Below are positions 9,073-19,320 of a DNA stretch of 64,000 nucleotides, in pieces. Below the pieces are notes generated by a model that saw only the letters and a list, made by a program, of their open reading frames with translations, searched no databases and was not told the DNA's origin. The stretch's first letter is position 1. Each line of letters begins with the position of its first letter. The position numbers were made by a program, and so were the translations under genes. Source of the DNA: Faecalibacterium sp. CAG:74 (GTDB taxonomy: Bacteria > Bacillota > Clostridia > Lachnospirales > Lachnospiraceae); NCBI GenBank assembly GCA_963595425.1, contig CAVBHN010000011.1:243-64242 (forward strand), written 5' to 3'.

Positions 9073-11529
9073 ATGGCAGTGCAATATACAAAGCAAAGCA
9101 AAAATGTAATTAATATAGCTGAAAAATCAGCTATGAAATGGGGCAATTCATATATTGGATCGGAGCATTTACTTGCAGGATTATATGCGGTTTCTGATGG
9201 AACCGCTTATTTACTTTTAAAAAATGCCGGAGTTACTAAGGATGAGCTTTACAAGCTTATAAATGACCTTATAAATGAAAGAAATGAAAAAGAAGGCAGT
9301 AAGCCTGATGAAAAGCTCGAATGGACTCCAAAGGCTCAGAAAATCCTCAAGCAGGCAAGGGAAGAGGCCATGAGAATAGACGATGCTATGTGTGGAACAG
9401 AGCATATACTTATGGCAATGCTTCAGGAGACAGGCTGTGTTGCAACAAGACTTCTCTATACTATGGGAATAGAGATTCAAAAGCTATATACAAATCTTTA
9501 CGAGGCAATCGGACTTGATCCGTCGGTTGCAGTCGATACGCTGTCGGCAAAGCAAAATGAAGGCATAAATCAGTCAATGACTCCGGCACTTGATCAGTTC
9601 GGAAGAAACATGACTGAGCTTGCCGAAATGGGTAAGCTTGATCCTGTCATCGGCAGGGAAAAAGAGATAAACCGACTGATGCAGGTGCTTTGCAGGAGAA
9701 CAAAAAACAATCCATGTCTTGTAGGAGATCCCGGAGTTGGCAAAACAGCTATTGTAGAAGGGCTTGCTCAGATGATAGTTAATGAGACGGTTCCCGACAA
9801 TATGCTTGGAAAAAAGGTAATAAGGCTTGATCTTTCGGGAATGGTTGCAGGATCGAAATACAGGGGTGATTTTGAGGCAAGGATAAAAAGTGTTATAGAT
9901 GAGCTGAGAAACAGCGGAGATATAATTCTTTTTATAGACGAGCTTCATACCATTATAGGTGCAGGCGGTGCCGAAGGTGCTATGGATGCGGCAAATATTC
10001 TTAAGCCTGCATTGTCACGAGGCGAAATTCAGATAATCGGAGCAACAACTCTTGACGAATACAGAAAGCATATAGAAAAGGATGCTGCGCTTGAAAGACG
10101 TTTCCAGCCTGTAGAGGTTGAAGAGCCTTCAAAGGAGCATTGTATCGAAATATTAAAGGGCTTAAGACCTTATTATGAGGATTATCACAATGTAAGCATA
10201 ACGGATGATGCTATTAATGCATGTGTTATGCTGAGCACAAGATATATATCTGATAGATTTCTTCCCGATAAGGCTATAGATATTTTGGATGAGACCTCGG
10301 CAAAAATACATTTAAGAGGCTTTAAGGGTGCAGATGAAATAGCTGTTTTAGAAGAGACTATAAAGAATAAGAGCAAGCAGAGAGAGGATGCTGTAATGAA
10401 AAATGATTTTCATGAGGCATCAGAAATAAATGCAGAGCTCAATGAGCTAAAGGCCGGACTTGAGGACAGAAAAAAGGCATTCAGAAGAAAAAACAATAAA
10501 AAGAAGCTTATAGTAGATGCTGCAGAAATTGCAAATACCATAGCTGAGCAAACAGGAATACCTCTTTCACAGCTGACGGAATCAGAGACAAAGAAGCTTG
10601 TAAACCTTGAAAAGATATTGCATAAGAGAGTTATTGGCCAAGAAGAGGCTATAAGTGCCATTGCAAGAGCCGTAAGGCGCGGAAGAGCCGGCCTTAAGGA
10701 TCCAAACAGGCCAACCGGCACATTTCTTTTCTTAGGACCTACAGGCGTAGGAAAAACAGAGCTTTCAAAGGCTGTTGCAGAGGCTGTATTCGGACAAGAG
10801 GATGCTATGATAAGGCTTGATATGTCTGAGTACATGGAAAAGCACAGTGTTGCCAAGCTTATAGGATCACCTCCGGGCTATGTAGGCTACGAGGAGGGTG
10901 GACAGCTTTCGGAAAAGGTAAGAAGAAACCCATACAGTGTTGTTCTTCTTGATGAAATCGAAAAGGCACATCCGGATGTATATAATATACTTCTTCAGGT
11001 GATGGATGAAGGATGTATTACAGACTCTCAAGGCCGCAGGATCGATTTTAAAAACACCTGCATAATTATGACATCGAATGCAGGAGCACAATCTATTATG
11101 CAGCCTAAGCAGCTTGGATTTTTAAGCGATAAGGATGAAAAGCGTGATTACGAGCATATGAAATCACAGGTGCTTGAGGATATTAAGAAAATTTTCAAAC
11201 CCGAATTTTTAAACAGAATTGATGAAATTATAGTTTTCCATACATTGAATGAGGAAAATATGAAAAAGATTCTTGCTATCAGACTGGCCGGCTTAAATAA
11301 GAGATGTACAGAACAGCTTGGTATTTCATTTAAGCTTACATCTACAGCAGAAAAGGCCTTAATAAAATCAAGCTTTGATGCCAAATACGGTGCGAGACCT
11401 CTTAACAGAGCGATTCAAACTCTTATAGAGGACCCTATTTCCGAAAAAATTCTTTCCGGAGAAATTAAAAGGGGAGATTCTGTCAGAATCGGATATAAAA
11501 AGGAAAAATATACTTTTGATGCGGTTTAA
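9073..11529 (+). CDS. clpC: ATP-dependent Clp protease ATP-binding subunit ClpC (class I AAA+)
   Basis: Clp N-domain repeats, two Walker A boxes ([20 protein letters not shown]), and a middle coiled-coil/UVR-like linker. The start codon directly follows the coaX stop. Confidence 0.9.
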   Translation: MAVQYTKQSKNVINIAEKSAMKWGNSYIGSEHLLAGLYAVSDGTAYLLLKNAGVTKDELYKLINDLINERNEKEGSKPDEKLEWTPKAQKILKQAREEAMRIDDAMCGTEHILMAMLQETGCVATRLLYTMGIEIQKLYTNLYEAIGLDPSVAVDTLSAKQNEGINQSMTPALDQFGRNMTELAEMGKLDPVIGREKEINRLMQVLCRRTKNNPCLVGDPGVGKTAIVEGLAQMIVNETVPDNMLGKKVIRLDLSGMVAGSKYRGDFEARIKSVIDELRNSGDIILFIDELHTIIGAGGAEGAMDAANILKPALSRGEIQIIGATTLDEYRKHIEKDAALERRFQPVEVEEPSKEHCIEILKGLRPYYEDYHNVSITDDAINACVMLSTRYISDRFLPDKAIDILDETSAKIHLRGFKGADEIAVLEETIKNKSKQREDAVMKNDFHEASEINAELNELKAGLEDRKKAFRRKNNKKKLIVDAAEIANTIAEQTGIPLSQLTESETKKLVNLEKILHKRVIGQEEAISAIARAVRRGRAGLKDPNRPTGTFLFLGPTGVGKTELSKAVAEAVFGQEDAMIRLDMSEYMEKHSVAKLIGSPPGYVGYEEGGQLSEKVRRNPYSVVLLDEIEKAHPDVYNILLQVMDEGCITDSQGRRIDFKNTCIIMTSNAGAQSIMQPKQLGFLSDKDEKRDYEHMKSQVLEDIKKIFKPEFLNRIDEIIVFHTLNEENMKKILAIRLAGLNKRCTEQLGISFKLTSTAEKALIKSSFDAKYGARPLNRAIQTLIEDPISEKILSGEIKRGDSVRIGYKKEKYTFDAV

Positions 11530-11561
11530 GCTATTGGATGGTATATACAGGAGCGATTTGT

Positions 11562-12446
11562 ATGGATCACAGCTTTAAAAAAGAAAAATTCATAGAAGAT
11601 CTTGGCTGTCTTGCTATATTTTGGCAAAAAGAAAAAGTATTGACCGACTCAATGAGACAAACCGAGCTTGAGATCAGGAATACAAAAAATAAAATTAAGA
11701 TGATTAAGGATGATTTGATTAAATCTATTTTTATGATTGCTTCAACAAAGGAAAAAAAGCACAATGAAATAAAAATGCTTGAAAAATCAATTGAAGAAAA
11801 ACGTCGGGCAATAAAGAAAATAAAGAATCAGATCAAAGAGCTTAATCATGAATGCTTTGGAACAGATGATATTCCGCATATTTATCTTGGAAAATATCCT
11901 CAAAAACCAGGTGGAGAGCCTATGCCGATAGAGTGGGATATAATCAAATACAATGATAACAGGGTTCTTATTGTAACTACGCATATTATAGAGCATATGT
12001 CATATGCCAAAGAGCTTGAGGATACACCATGGCGTGACAGCATTATACGCAAATGGCTTAACTCGGACTTTTACAATGGAGCATTTTCTGATGAAGAAAG
12101 GGAAGTTATCTTAAAGCGAGAAAATCCTAATCCTGAGAATCACAGCTATAAAACTGCCGCAAGCGAAAACACAAGGGACTATATATTTATTCCTTCGATT
12201 AAGGAAATCAAGAGATTCAGCGACTATGATTTGGATAGGATTGCCTTACCTACGGAATATGCAGTTCAAAAGGGTGTTTATGTGAACGGTGATACAAACG
12301 GCAGCTATTGGTGGCTTAGATCAAATGGCGGAAATATGTATAATGCTGCTGTTGTAAATTATAATGGATACGTATTTGAATATGGATTTTATGTAAACAG
12401 CGTAGGATATGGTGTTCGTCCGGCTGCCTGGATAAGCCTTATATAA
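11562..12446 (+). CDS. DUF6273-like protein with N-terminal coiled-coil
   Basis: The C-terminal SYWWLRS...GVRPAAWI signature is typical of the DUF6273 family as I recall it. The N-terminal 100 aa are K/E-rich heptad-like. The ATG at 11562 has a GGAG 9 nt upstream; 11538 is an alternative start. Confidence 0.5.
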   Translation: MDHSFKKEKFIEDLGCLAIFWQKEKVLTDSMRQTELEIRNTKNKIKMIKDDLIKSIFMIASTKEKKHNEIKMLEKSIEEKRRAIKKIKNQIKELNHECFGTDDIPHIYLGKYPQKPGGEPMPIEWDIIKYNDNRVLIVTTHIIEHMSYAKELEDTPWRDSIIRKWLNSDFYNGAFSDEEREVILKRENPNPENHSYKTAASENTRDYIFIPSIKEIKRFSDYDLDRIALPTEYAVQKGVYVNGDTNGSYWWLRSNGGNMYNAAVVNYNGYVFEYGFYVNSVGYGVRPAAWISLI

Positions 12447-12664
12447 TAAAATAATAAATAATTCTGTAAATATAAAAAATCTTTAATTGAAAAATATGCA
12501 ATAACGTGTATATTTAAATAGGCGGTTTATTATTTGTATTTGAATATATGATACGTAATTTTACAGAAATATTCTTAAAAATATTGTATTATGTAAAATA
12601 AACTGTTAAAGTTAAATGAGCAAAAGAAACATAATTGCATTTAATGTGCAAAAAGGAGGGTAAA

Positions 12665-13633
12665 ATGTCACTCGTAACAACAAAAGAGATGTTTGCTAAA
12701 GCCTATGATGGCGGATATGCAGTTGGTGCATTTAACGTAAACAATATGGAAATCGTACAGGGTATTACAGAAGCAGCCGGAGAGCTTAAGAGCCCGGTTA
12801 TCCTTCAGGTATCAAAGGGTGCCCGTGCATATGCTAACCATACATACCTTGTAAAAATGGTTGAAGCAGCTGTTAAAGAGAATCCGGAAATCCCGATTGC
12901 TCTTCATCTTGATCACGGCGACAGCTTTGAACTCTGCAAATCTTGTATCGATGGCGGATTTACATCTGTTATGATCGATGCTTCTTCAAAATCTTTTGCA
13001 GATAATATTGCAATTACAAAGCAGGTTGTTGAATATGCTCATGATCATGGCGTTGTTGTTGAGGCTGAGCTTGGAACACTTGCAGGTGTTGAGGATGAAG
13101 TTGTAGTTGAAGCAGGAAAAGAAAGCTATACACGTCCGGAGGAAGTAGAGGAGTTCGTATCTAAGACAGGATGTGATTCTCTTGCTATTGCAATCGGAAC
13201 ATCTCACGGTGCATACAAATTCAAAGCTTCACAGTGCACAAGAAATGCCGATGGAATTCTTGTTCCGCCGCCACTTCGTTTTGATGTACTTGAGGAGTGC
13301 ATTAAGAGACTTCCTGGATTCCCGATCGTACTTCACGGATCATCTTCAGTTCCGCAGGAATTTGTTAAGATTGTTAACCAGTACGGCGGAAATATGCCAG
13401 ATGCAATCGGTATTCCGGAGGATGAGCTTCGTCATGCAGCTGAGCTTGCTGTATGTAAGATCAACATCGACTCAGATATCCGTCTTGCTATGACAGCTAC
13501 AATCCGTAAATATATGGCAGAGCATCCTGATCACTTTGACCCACGTCAGTATCTTAAACCGGCACGTCAGGCTGTTAAGGATATGGTTGCTCATAAGATT
13601 CAGAACGTTCTCGGATCAGCTGGAAAAGCCTGA
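12665..13633 (+). CDS. fba: Class II fructose-1,6-bisphosphate aldolase
   Basis: ALHLDHGDS and VLHGSSSVPQE motifs. The ATG at 12665 is preceded by AAAGGAGGG. Confidence 0.9.
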   Translation: MSLVTTKEMFAKAYDGGYAVGAFNVNNMEIVQGITEAAGELKSPVILQVSKGARAYANHTYLVKMVEAAVKENPEIPIALHLDHGDSFELCKSCIDGGFTSVMIDASSKSFADNIAITKQVVEYAHDHGVVVEAELGTLAGVEDEVVVEAGKESYTRPEEVEEFVSKTGCDSLAIAIGTSHGAYKFKASQCTRNADGILVPPPLRFDVLEECIKRLPGFPIVLHGSSSVPQEFVKIVNQYGGNMPDAIGIPEDELRHAAELAVCKINIDSDIRLAMTATIRKYMAEHPDHFDPRQYLKPARQAVKDMVAHKIQNVLGSAGKA

Positions 13634-13679
13634 ATAAAGCAATCAAGATGAAATAGCTTTTATTTCGTTTTGGATTTGA

Positions 13680-13862
13680 TTTGCCTGGTGTGTTCGATAA
13701 CCCTGTTATTTTGAACCTACAATTACTTTAAACAGGGATACCTATATCAGTACTTTTGATGTCAAGCCTCATCTTTAGTGGAAGGCAGAGATTGTACTTG
13801 CGGTTTTAACCCACCTAGCCTTGCTAGGAGTCAAAATACAGGGGACGGCACACTGGGTAATC
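13680..13862 (+). ncRNA. ssrS: Probable 6S RNA (SsrS)
   Basis: About 180 nt. The 5' end CCTGGTGTG...CCCTGTTATTTTGA pairs with the 3' end TCAAAATACAGGGG...CACACTGGG, giving about 24 bp in two helices with 1-nt bulges. T:G wobbles fit only the + strand. A large central unpaired region is followed by a further interrupted helix. The 5' arm (CCUGGUGUGUU...UUUUGAACC) resembles Bacillus 6S-1 as I remember it. Confidence 0.6.
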
Positions 13863-14107
13863 ATTTAAAAGTGTACGCACTATTATATTTGTGTGTGGAA
13901 ATGAGCTTAATCCTTGAAAAGAGGAGATGGCTCTTTTCTTGCGTAATAGGAAACTTCATTTCTATTGCAAAATTGCTTCGCATTAATGCGAAATCTACAA
14001 GGTATGAAGCGGATTTGTCCGCTTTGTTCCGTTAAATGACAGTTTTAAATTCGAAAAAAATATGCCCATGCATTTTATATAGATATTAAATTTCGGAGGT
14101 TCCCAAA

Positions 14108-15142
14108 GTGTTAACTAATGATATAAAAGGCAAGCTTGAAGGTCTTATTGAAAAGGCTCAGAAAAGCATCGAATCAGCTGACAATATGGAAATTCTTAAT
14201 AATATCCGCGTCAGTATGCTCGGAAAGAAGGGAGAGCTGACATCGGTGCTGAAAAGCATGAAGGATGTTGCACCTGAAGATAGACCGGCAGTTGGTCAGC
14301 TTGTTAATGATGCCAGATTAAAGATAGAAAACCATATCGAAAATGTAAAAACTCGTATGGAAAAGATACAGCTTGAGAAAAAGCTTGCTGCTGAAAAGAT
14401 AGATGTTACTCTTCCGGCAAAAAAATCTGCTATAGGACACAGTCATCCAAATACCATTGCTCTTAAAGAGGTTGAAAGAATCTTTATTGGAATGGGATAT
14501 GAGGTTGTTCAGGGACCTGAAATTGAGTATGACCTTTATAATTTTGAAAAATTAAATATTCCTGCAAATCATCCGGCAAGGGATGAACAGGATACATTTT
14601 ATATTAATCCTGAAATAGTTCTGAGAACTCAGACTTCACCATGCCAGGCTCGTGTCATGGAACAGGGAAAGCTTCCGATAAGAATGATTTCTCCGGGACG
14701 TGTATTCAGATCAGATGAGGTAGATGCTACTCATTCACCTTCCTTCCATCAGATAGAGGGTCTTGTTGTAGACGAGCATATAACCTTTGCTGATCTTAAA
14801 GGAACCTTACAGGAATTCGCTGTACAGCTGTTTGGCCCGGATACAAAAACAAAATTCCGTCCGCATCATTTTCCTTTTACAGAGCCGAGTGCCGAAATGG
14901 ACGTAAGCTGCTTTAAGTGCGGTGGCAAGGGCTGCCGTTTTTGTAAGGGAGAGGGCTGGATTGAAATACTCGGATGCGGAATGGTACATCCTCATGTATT
15001 TGAAATGTGCGGCATTGATCCGGAAAAATATACAGGCTTTGCATTCGGTGTCGGTCTTGAGAGAATTGCTCTTCTCAAATATGAGATTGATGATATGCGT
15101 TTGCTTTATGAAAATGATATCAGATTTTTGAACCAGTTCTGA
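14108..15142 (+). CDS. pheS: Phenylalanine--tRNA ligase alpha subunit
   Basis: GTG start 8 nt after GGAGG. FRPHHFPFTEPSAE and GFAFGVGLERI class II motifs. Confidence 0.92.
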   Translation: MLTNDIKGKLEGLIEKAQKSIESADNMEILNNIRVSMLGKKGELTSVLKSMKDVAPEDRPAVGQLVNDARLKIENHIENVKTRMEKIQLEKKLAAEKIDVTLPAKKSAIGHSHPNTIALKEVERIFIGMGYEVVQGPEIEYDLYNFEKLNIPANHPARDEQDTFYINPEIVLRTQTSPCQARVMEQGKLPIRMISPGRVFRSDEVDATHSPSFHQIEGLVVDEHITFADLKGTLQEFAVQLFGPDTKTKFRPHHFPFTEPSAEMDVSCFKCGGKGCRFCKGEGWIEILGCGMVHPHVFEMCGIDPEKYTGFAFGVGLERIALLKYEIDDMRLLYENDIRFLNQF

Positions 15143-15171
15143 TAATATCGATTTTAAAGGAGATTTATATA

Positions 15172-17589
15172 ATGAATACATCTTATTCATGGATGAAAAG
15201 ATATGTACCGGATCTTGACTGCTCTGCACAGGAATATATGGACGCGATGACTCTTTCCGGAACTAAGGTTGAAGGATATGAAAGACTTGATGAAAATCTC
15301 AATAAAATTGTAGTCGGTCAGGTCACAAAAATTGAGAAGCATCCGGATGCAGACAAGCTTGTAATTTGTCAGGTTAATGTCGGTACCGAGACAATACAGA
15401 TCGTTACAGGAGCACCAAATGTTTTTGAAGGTGCTAAGGTTCCGGTTGTTCTTGATGGCGGAAAGGTTGCTACGGGACATGACGGCAAGAAGACTCCGGA
15501 CGGAACAAAGATAAAAGCAGGTAAACTAAGAGGCATACCTTCAAACGGAATGCTTTGTTCTATAGAGGAGCTTGGATCATCAAGAGAATTTTATCCTGAA
15601 GCTCCTGAATACGGAATTTATATTTTTGGTGACGATGCAGAGGTAGGATCAGATGCTGTTGAAGCATTAGGACTTCATGATACTGTTTTTGAATATGAAG
15701 TAACATCAAACAGAGTTGATTGCTACAGTGTTATAGGTATTGCAAGAGAGGCAGCTGCTACCTTTGGGAAGAAATTTTATATTCCTGATGTAAGCGTAAA
15801 GGGTAATTCTGAAAATGCAGCTGATTATATAGATGTAAGCGTAGAAGACAATGAATTGTGCAAAAGATACTGTGCAAGAGTTGTAAAAAATATCAAGATA
15901 GGTCCGTCACCTGTATGGATGCAAAGAGCGCTTGCTTCATGCGGTATACGTCCTATTAATAATCTTGTAGATATTACAAACTTTGTAATGGAAGAATATG
16001 GACAGCCGATGCATGCATATGATTATGATACTATTTCCGGAAAGAAAATAATCGTAAGAAGAGCACAGGATAATGAAAAATTTGTAACTCTTGATGGTAA
16101 GGAGCATACCCTTGACAATGATGTGCTTATGATTTGTGATGCAGACAAAGCAGTTGGCCTTGCAGGAATTATGGGCGGTGAAAATTCAATGATTACTGAT
16201 GATGTAAAAACAGTTTTATTTGAAGCAGCCTGCTTTGACGGAACAAATATAAGATTATCGGCAAAGAGAATAGGATTAAGAACAGAGGCATCCGGAAAAT
16301 TTGAAAAGGGACTTGATCCTAACAATGCGATTGAAGCTATTAACAGAGCATGTCAGCTTATTGAGGAGCTTGGCTGCGGTGAGGTTGTCGGCGGTATCGT
16401 AGATGTTTATCCACAAAAGGTTGACGAGTCCAGAGTTAAGTTTGAGCCGGATAAAATAAATGATTTATTGGGAACAGACCTTTCAAAGGAAGAAATGATC
16501 AAATATCTTGCATCTGTAGAGCTTGTCTATGATGAGTCTACAAATGAAATAGTTGCACCTACATTCAGACAGGATATTCACAGAACTGCGGATATAGCAG
16601 AGGAGATAGCAAGATTCTTTGGATATGACAATATACCGGTTACACTGCCGAAGGGCGAGGCTACAACAGGTAAGCTTCCGTTTGATCTGCGTGTTGAAGA
16701 TAAGGTAAGAGAGGTGGTTGAATTCTGTGGATTTTCACAGGGAATGTGTTATTCCTTCGAAAGCCCTAAGGTGTTCGATAAGCTCGGAATTGCCGAGGAT
16801 GCACCGGAGAGAAGAGCAATAGAAATACGCAATCCGCTGGGTGAGGATTTCTCTATCATGAGAACCGTTTCTGTAAACGGAATGCTTACATCTCTTTCAA
16901 CAAACTTCAACAGAAGAAATAAAAATGTCAGACTGTATGAGCTTGGAAACATTTATATACCTAAGTCATTGCCGCTTACAGAGCTTCCGGATGAAAAAAT
17001 GATGCTTACACTCGGAATGTATGGGGATGGTGATTTCTATGATATGAAGGGTGTAATCGAGGAGATTCTCGACAAAATCGGAATGCAGGAGCTTGAGGAG
17101 TACGACAGTAATTCAAATAAAACCTTCCTTCATCCGGGCAGACAGGCAAATATAATTTATAAAGACAGTGTTATAGGATTTTTGGGTGAGGTTCATCCGG
17201 AGACCGCAAAAATCTATGGAATAAGCACAAGAGTATATATTGCCGTACTTGATATGTCAGAGCTTGTGAAATTTGCTACGTTTGACAGAAAATATAAAGG
17301 AATAGCAAAATTTCCTGCAGTTACAAGAGATCTTTCTATGGTTGTTCCTAAGGAAATTCAGGCAGCCAGCATAGAAAAGACGATAAGACAGCGTGGCGGA
17401 AAGATACTTGAAAGTATTTCCTTGTTTGATATATATGAGGGCGAGCAGATCCAGGAAGGCTTTAAATCTATGGCATACAGCATGGTCTTCAGATCAAATG
17501 AAAAAACTCTTGAGGAACAGGAGATTTCTGCAGCAATGAAGAAGATCCTAAATGGATTGGAAGCTATGAATATTCAGCTTAGACAGTAA
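15172..17589 (+). CDS. pheT: Phenylalanine--tRNA ligase beta subunit
   Basis: 805 aa. N-terminal tRNA-binding domain (KHPDADKL), B3/4, B5 and FDX-ACB domain order. It follows pheS. Confidence 0.92.
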   Translation: MNTSYSWMKRYVPDLDCSAQEYMDAMTLSGTKVEGYERLDENLNKIVVGQVTKIEKHPDADKLVICQVNVGTETIQIVTGAPNVFEGAKVPVVLDGGKVATGHDGKKTPDGTKIKAGKLRGIPSNGMLCSIEELGSSREFYPEAPEYGIYIFGDDAEVGSDAVEALGLHDTVFEYEVTSNRVDCYSVIGIAREAAATFGKKFYIPDVSVKGNSENAADYIDVSVEDNELCKRYCARVVKNIKIGPSPVWMQRALASCGIRPINNLVDITNFVMEEYGQPMHAYDYDTISGKKIIVRRAQDNEKFVTLDGKEHTLDNDVLMICDADKAVGLAGIMGGENSMITDDVKTVLFEAACFDGTNIRLSAKRIGLRTEASGKFEKGLDPNNAIEAINRACQLIEELGCGEVVGGIVDVYPQKVDESRVKFEPDKINDLLGTDLSKEEMIKYLASVELVYDESTNEIVAPTFRQDIHRTADIAEEIARFFGYDNIPVTLPKGEATTGKLPFDLRVEDKVREVVEFCGFSQGMCYSFESPKVFDKLGIAEDAPERRAIEIRNPLGEDFSIMRTVSVNGMLTSLSTNFNRRNKNVRLYELGNIYIPKSLPLTELPDEKMMLTLGMYGDGDFYDMKGVIEEILDKIGMQELEEYDSNSNKTFLHPGRQANIIYKDSVIGFLGEVHPETAKIYGISTRVYIAVLDMSELVKFATFDRKYKGIAKFPAVTRDLSMVVPKEIQAASIEKTIRQRGGKILESISLFDIYEGEQIQEGFKSMAYSMVFRSNEKTLEEQEISAAMKKILNGLEAMNIQLRQ

Positions 17590-17603
17590 ACGGAGATGAA
17601 TAT

Positions 17604-18239
17604 ATGCGTTTATATGTTATGAGACATGGCGAAACCCAATGGAATAAGGAGCACAGGCTTGCAGGGCGGACAGATGTTTCATTAAATGAAAAAGGAATAA
17701 AGCTTGCTGAATTAACGGCAGAGGGTATGAAGAATGTAAAGTTCGATCTATGCCTCAGCAGTCCTTTGGCAAGAGCTTTAGAAACAGCGAGGATTGTTCT
17801 TAAGAACACGGCAGTGCCTATTATATGTGATGAAAGTCTTATAGAAATTTCGTTTGGAGACTATGAGGGCAGAGTATGTCAGGATGATGACCGAAATATC
17901 CTTATGGATGAATATGCTTCGTTTAGAAATGAGCCGCTTAAGTTTAAAGGAATGCCGCATGGAGAGAGTATTTGCGATGTTATAAACAGAGCAGAAAAAA
18001 CCTATAAGAGGATTGTTGAAAATCCAAACTATCAAAACAAAACACTGCTTATTTCGACACATGGATGCTTTTACAGGGCTTTTTTAAACAGTATCTATGA
18101 TAATCCGAATGATTTTTGGCAGGGATGCGTTCCTAAAAATTGTGCTGTTTCTATCGTAGATGTCAATAACGGCATGGCAAAAATATTAAAAAGCGATGTT
18201 ATATATTATGATATGCAGCCCGCGCTTCGAGATTTTTGA
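17604..18239 (+). CDS. Histidine phosphatase family protein (phosphoglycerate mutase-like)
   Basis: MRHGETQWN catalytic RHG motif and a downstream STHG histidine. Confidence 0.8.
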   Translation: MRLYVMRHGETQWNKEHRLAGRTDVSLNEKGIKLAELTAEGMKNVKFDLCLSSPLARALETARIVLKNTAVPIICDESLIEISFGDYEGRVCQDDDRNILMDEYASFRNEPLKFKGMPHGESICDVINRAEKTYKRIVENPNYQNKTLLISTHGCFYRAFLNSIYDNPNDFWQGCVPKNCAVSIVDVNNGMAKILKSDVIYYDMQPALRDF

Positions 18240-18256
18240 GCCGAAAGGAAATATAA

Positions 18257-19288
18257 GTGAAAACAAGAGATTTTTATTATGATCTTCCTAAGGAGCTTAT
18301 AGCTCAGGATCCGCTTACTGACAGAAGCTCATCCAGACTTCTTCATTTGGATCCTGTTACGGGACAGATTGAGCATAGGCATTTTACTGATGTCATGGAT
18401 TATTTAAATCCCGGTGACTGCCTTGTAATAAACAATACAAAGGTTTTGCCGGCAAGACTAATAGGACATAAAGAGGATACAGGTGCTGTTATAGAGATAT
18501 TGCTGCTCAAAAGAATAAGCGGTGATGTTTGGGAAACGCTGGTTAAGCCCGGTAAAAAATGCAAGATCGGTGCACGTATAGTATTCGGAGACGGCTCCTT
18601 AAAGGCTGAGATTGTAGATATAGTTGAAGAAGGAAACCGGCTTGTCAGGTTTGAATTTGACGGGATATTCGAGGAAATCCTTGATAGCCTTGGCGAAATG
18701 CCGCTGCCGCCTTATATCACGCATAAGCTTCAGGATAAAAACAGATATCAGACTGTTTATGCAAAGGAGACAGGCTCGGCTGCAGCTCCTACAGCAGGTC
18801 TGCATTTTACCAAGGAATTACTTCAGACTATAAAGGAAAAGGGAGTAAATATAGCACATGTTACATTACATGTAGGCCTTGGAACCTTTAGACCTGTCAA
18901 GGTAGATGATGTAGCTCAGCATCATATGCATTCCGAATACTATATAATCGAAGAGGATCAGGCTGAAATAATTAACCAAACCAAGAAAAACGGCAAAAGA
19001 GTAGTATGTGTCGGAACAACAAGCTGCCGTACACTTGAGTCTGCGGCAGATTCAAACGGATTTCTTAAGGCTTGCAGCGGAAATACAGATATCTTTATTT
19101 ATCCGGGATACAAGTTCAAGATAATGGATGCGTTAATAACCAATTTTCATCTTCCTGAATCAACTCTTATTATGCTTGTGTCGGCATTTGCCGGAAAAGA
19201 TAACATAATGAAGGCTTATAATGAAGCCGTAAAGGAAGGATATCGATTTTTCTCTTTTGGAGATGCGATGATAATTATAAATAACTAA
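18257..19288 (+). CDS. queA: S-adenosylmethionine:tRNA ribosyltransferase-isomerase
   Basis: N-terminal [19 protein letters not shown], and [10 protein letters not shown] motifs. Confidence 0.9.
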   Translation: MKTRDFYYDLPKELIAQDPLTDRSSSRLLHLDPVTGQIEHRHFTDVMDYLNPGDCLVINNTKVLPARLIGHKEDTGAVIEILLLKRISGDVWETLVKPGKKCKIGARIVFGDGSLKAEIVDIVEEGNRLVRFEFDGIFEEILDSLGEMPLPPYITHKLQDKNRYQTVYAKETGSAAAPTAGLHFTKELLQTIKEKGVNIAHVTLHVGLGTFRPVKVDDVAQHHMHSEYYIIEEDQAEIINQTKKNGKRVVCVGTTSCRTLESAADSNGFLKACSGNTDIFIYPGYKFKIMDALITNFHLPESTLIMLVSAFAGKDNIMKAYNEAVKEGYRFFSFGDAMIIINN

Positions 19289-19320
19289 TTTGTAAAGCTT
19301 AATTAATGGAGGAATACAAA

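Noticed and set aside
10410-10856. 148-aa ORF antisense to clpC
   Set aside because: It is embedded in the conserved AAA+ coding region, is low-complexity and has no RBS. It is a shadow ORF.
13650-13672. Hairpin GAAATA-GCTTT-TATTTC plus GTTTT as the fba terminator
   Set aside because: The stem is only 6 AT-rich base pairs and lies about 10 nt before the 6S-like RNA. It is too weak to call and may allow read-through or processing.
13927-13986. Possible Phe-attenuator leader peptide (MALFLRNRKLHFYCKIASH) in the pheS leader
   Set aside because: Only 2 Phe in 19 residues, and none tandem. The GGAG sits directly against the ATG, so the spacing is too short. It does not resemble pheM/pheL-type leaders.
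13778-14035. 85-aa + strand ORF in the fba-pheS spacer
   Set aside because: It starts inside the 6S-like helix. It has no Shine-Dalgarno, an unremarkable composition and no recognisable domain. The region is better explained by structured RNA.
14807-15229. 140-aa minus-strand ORF spanning the pheS/pheT junction
   Set aside because: It overlaps two highly conserved synthetase genes, has no family resemblance and is AT-codon biased. It is a shadow ORF.
19289-19320. Expected T-box leader upstream of leuS
   Set aside because: Only 17-32 nt separate queA and leuS, so there is no room for a leader RNA. leuS appears co-transcribed with queA.
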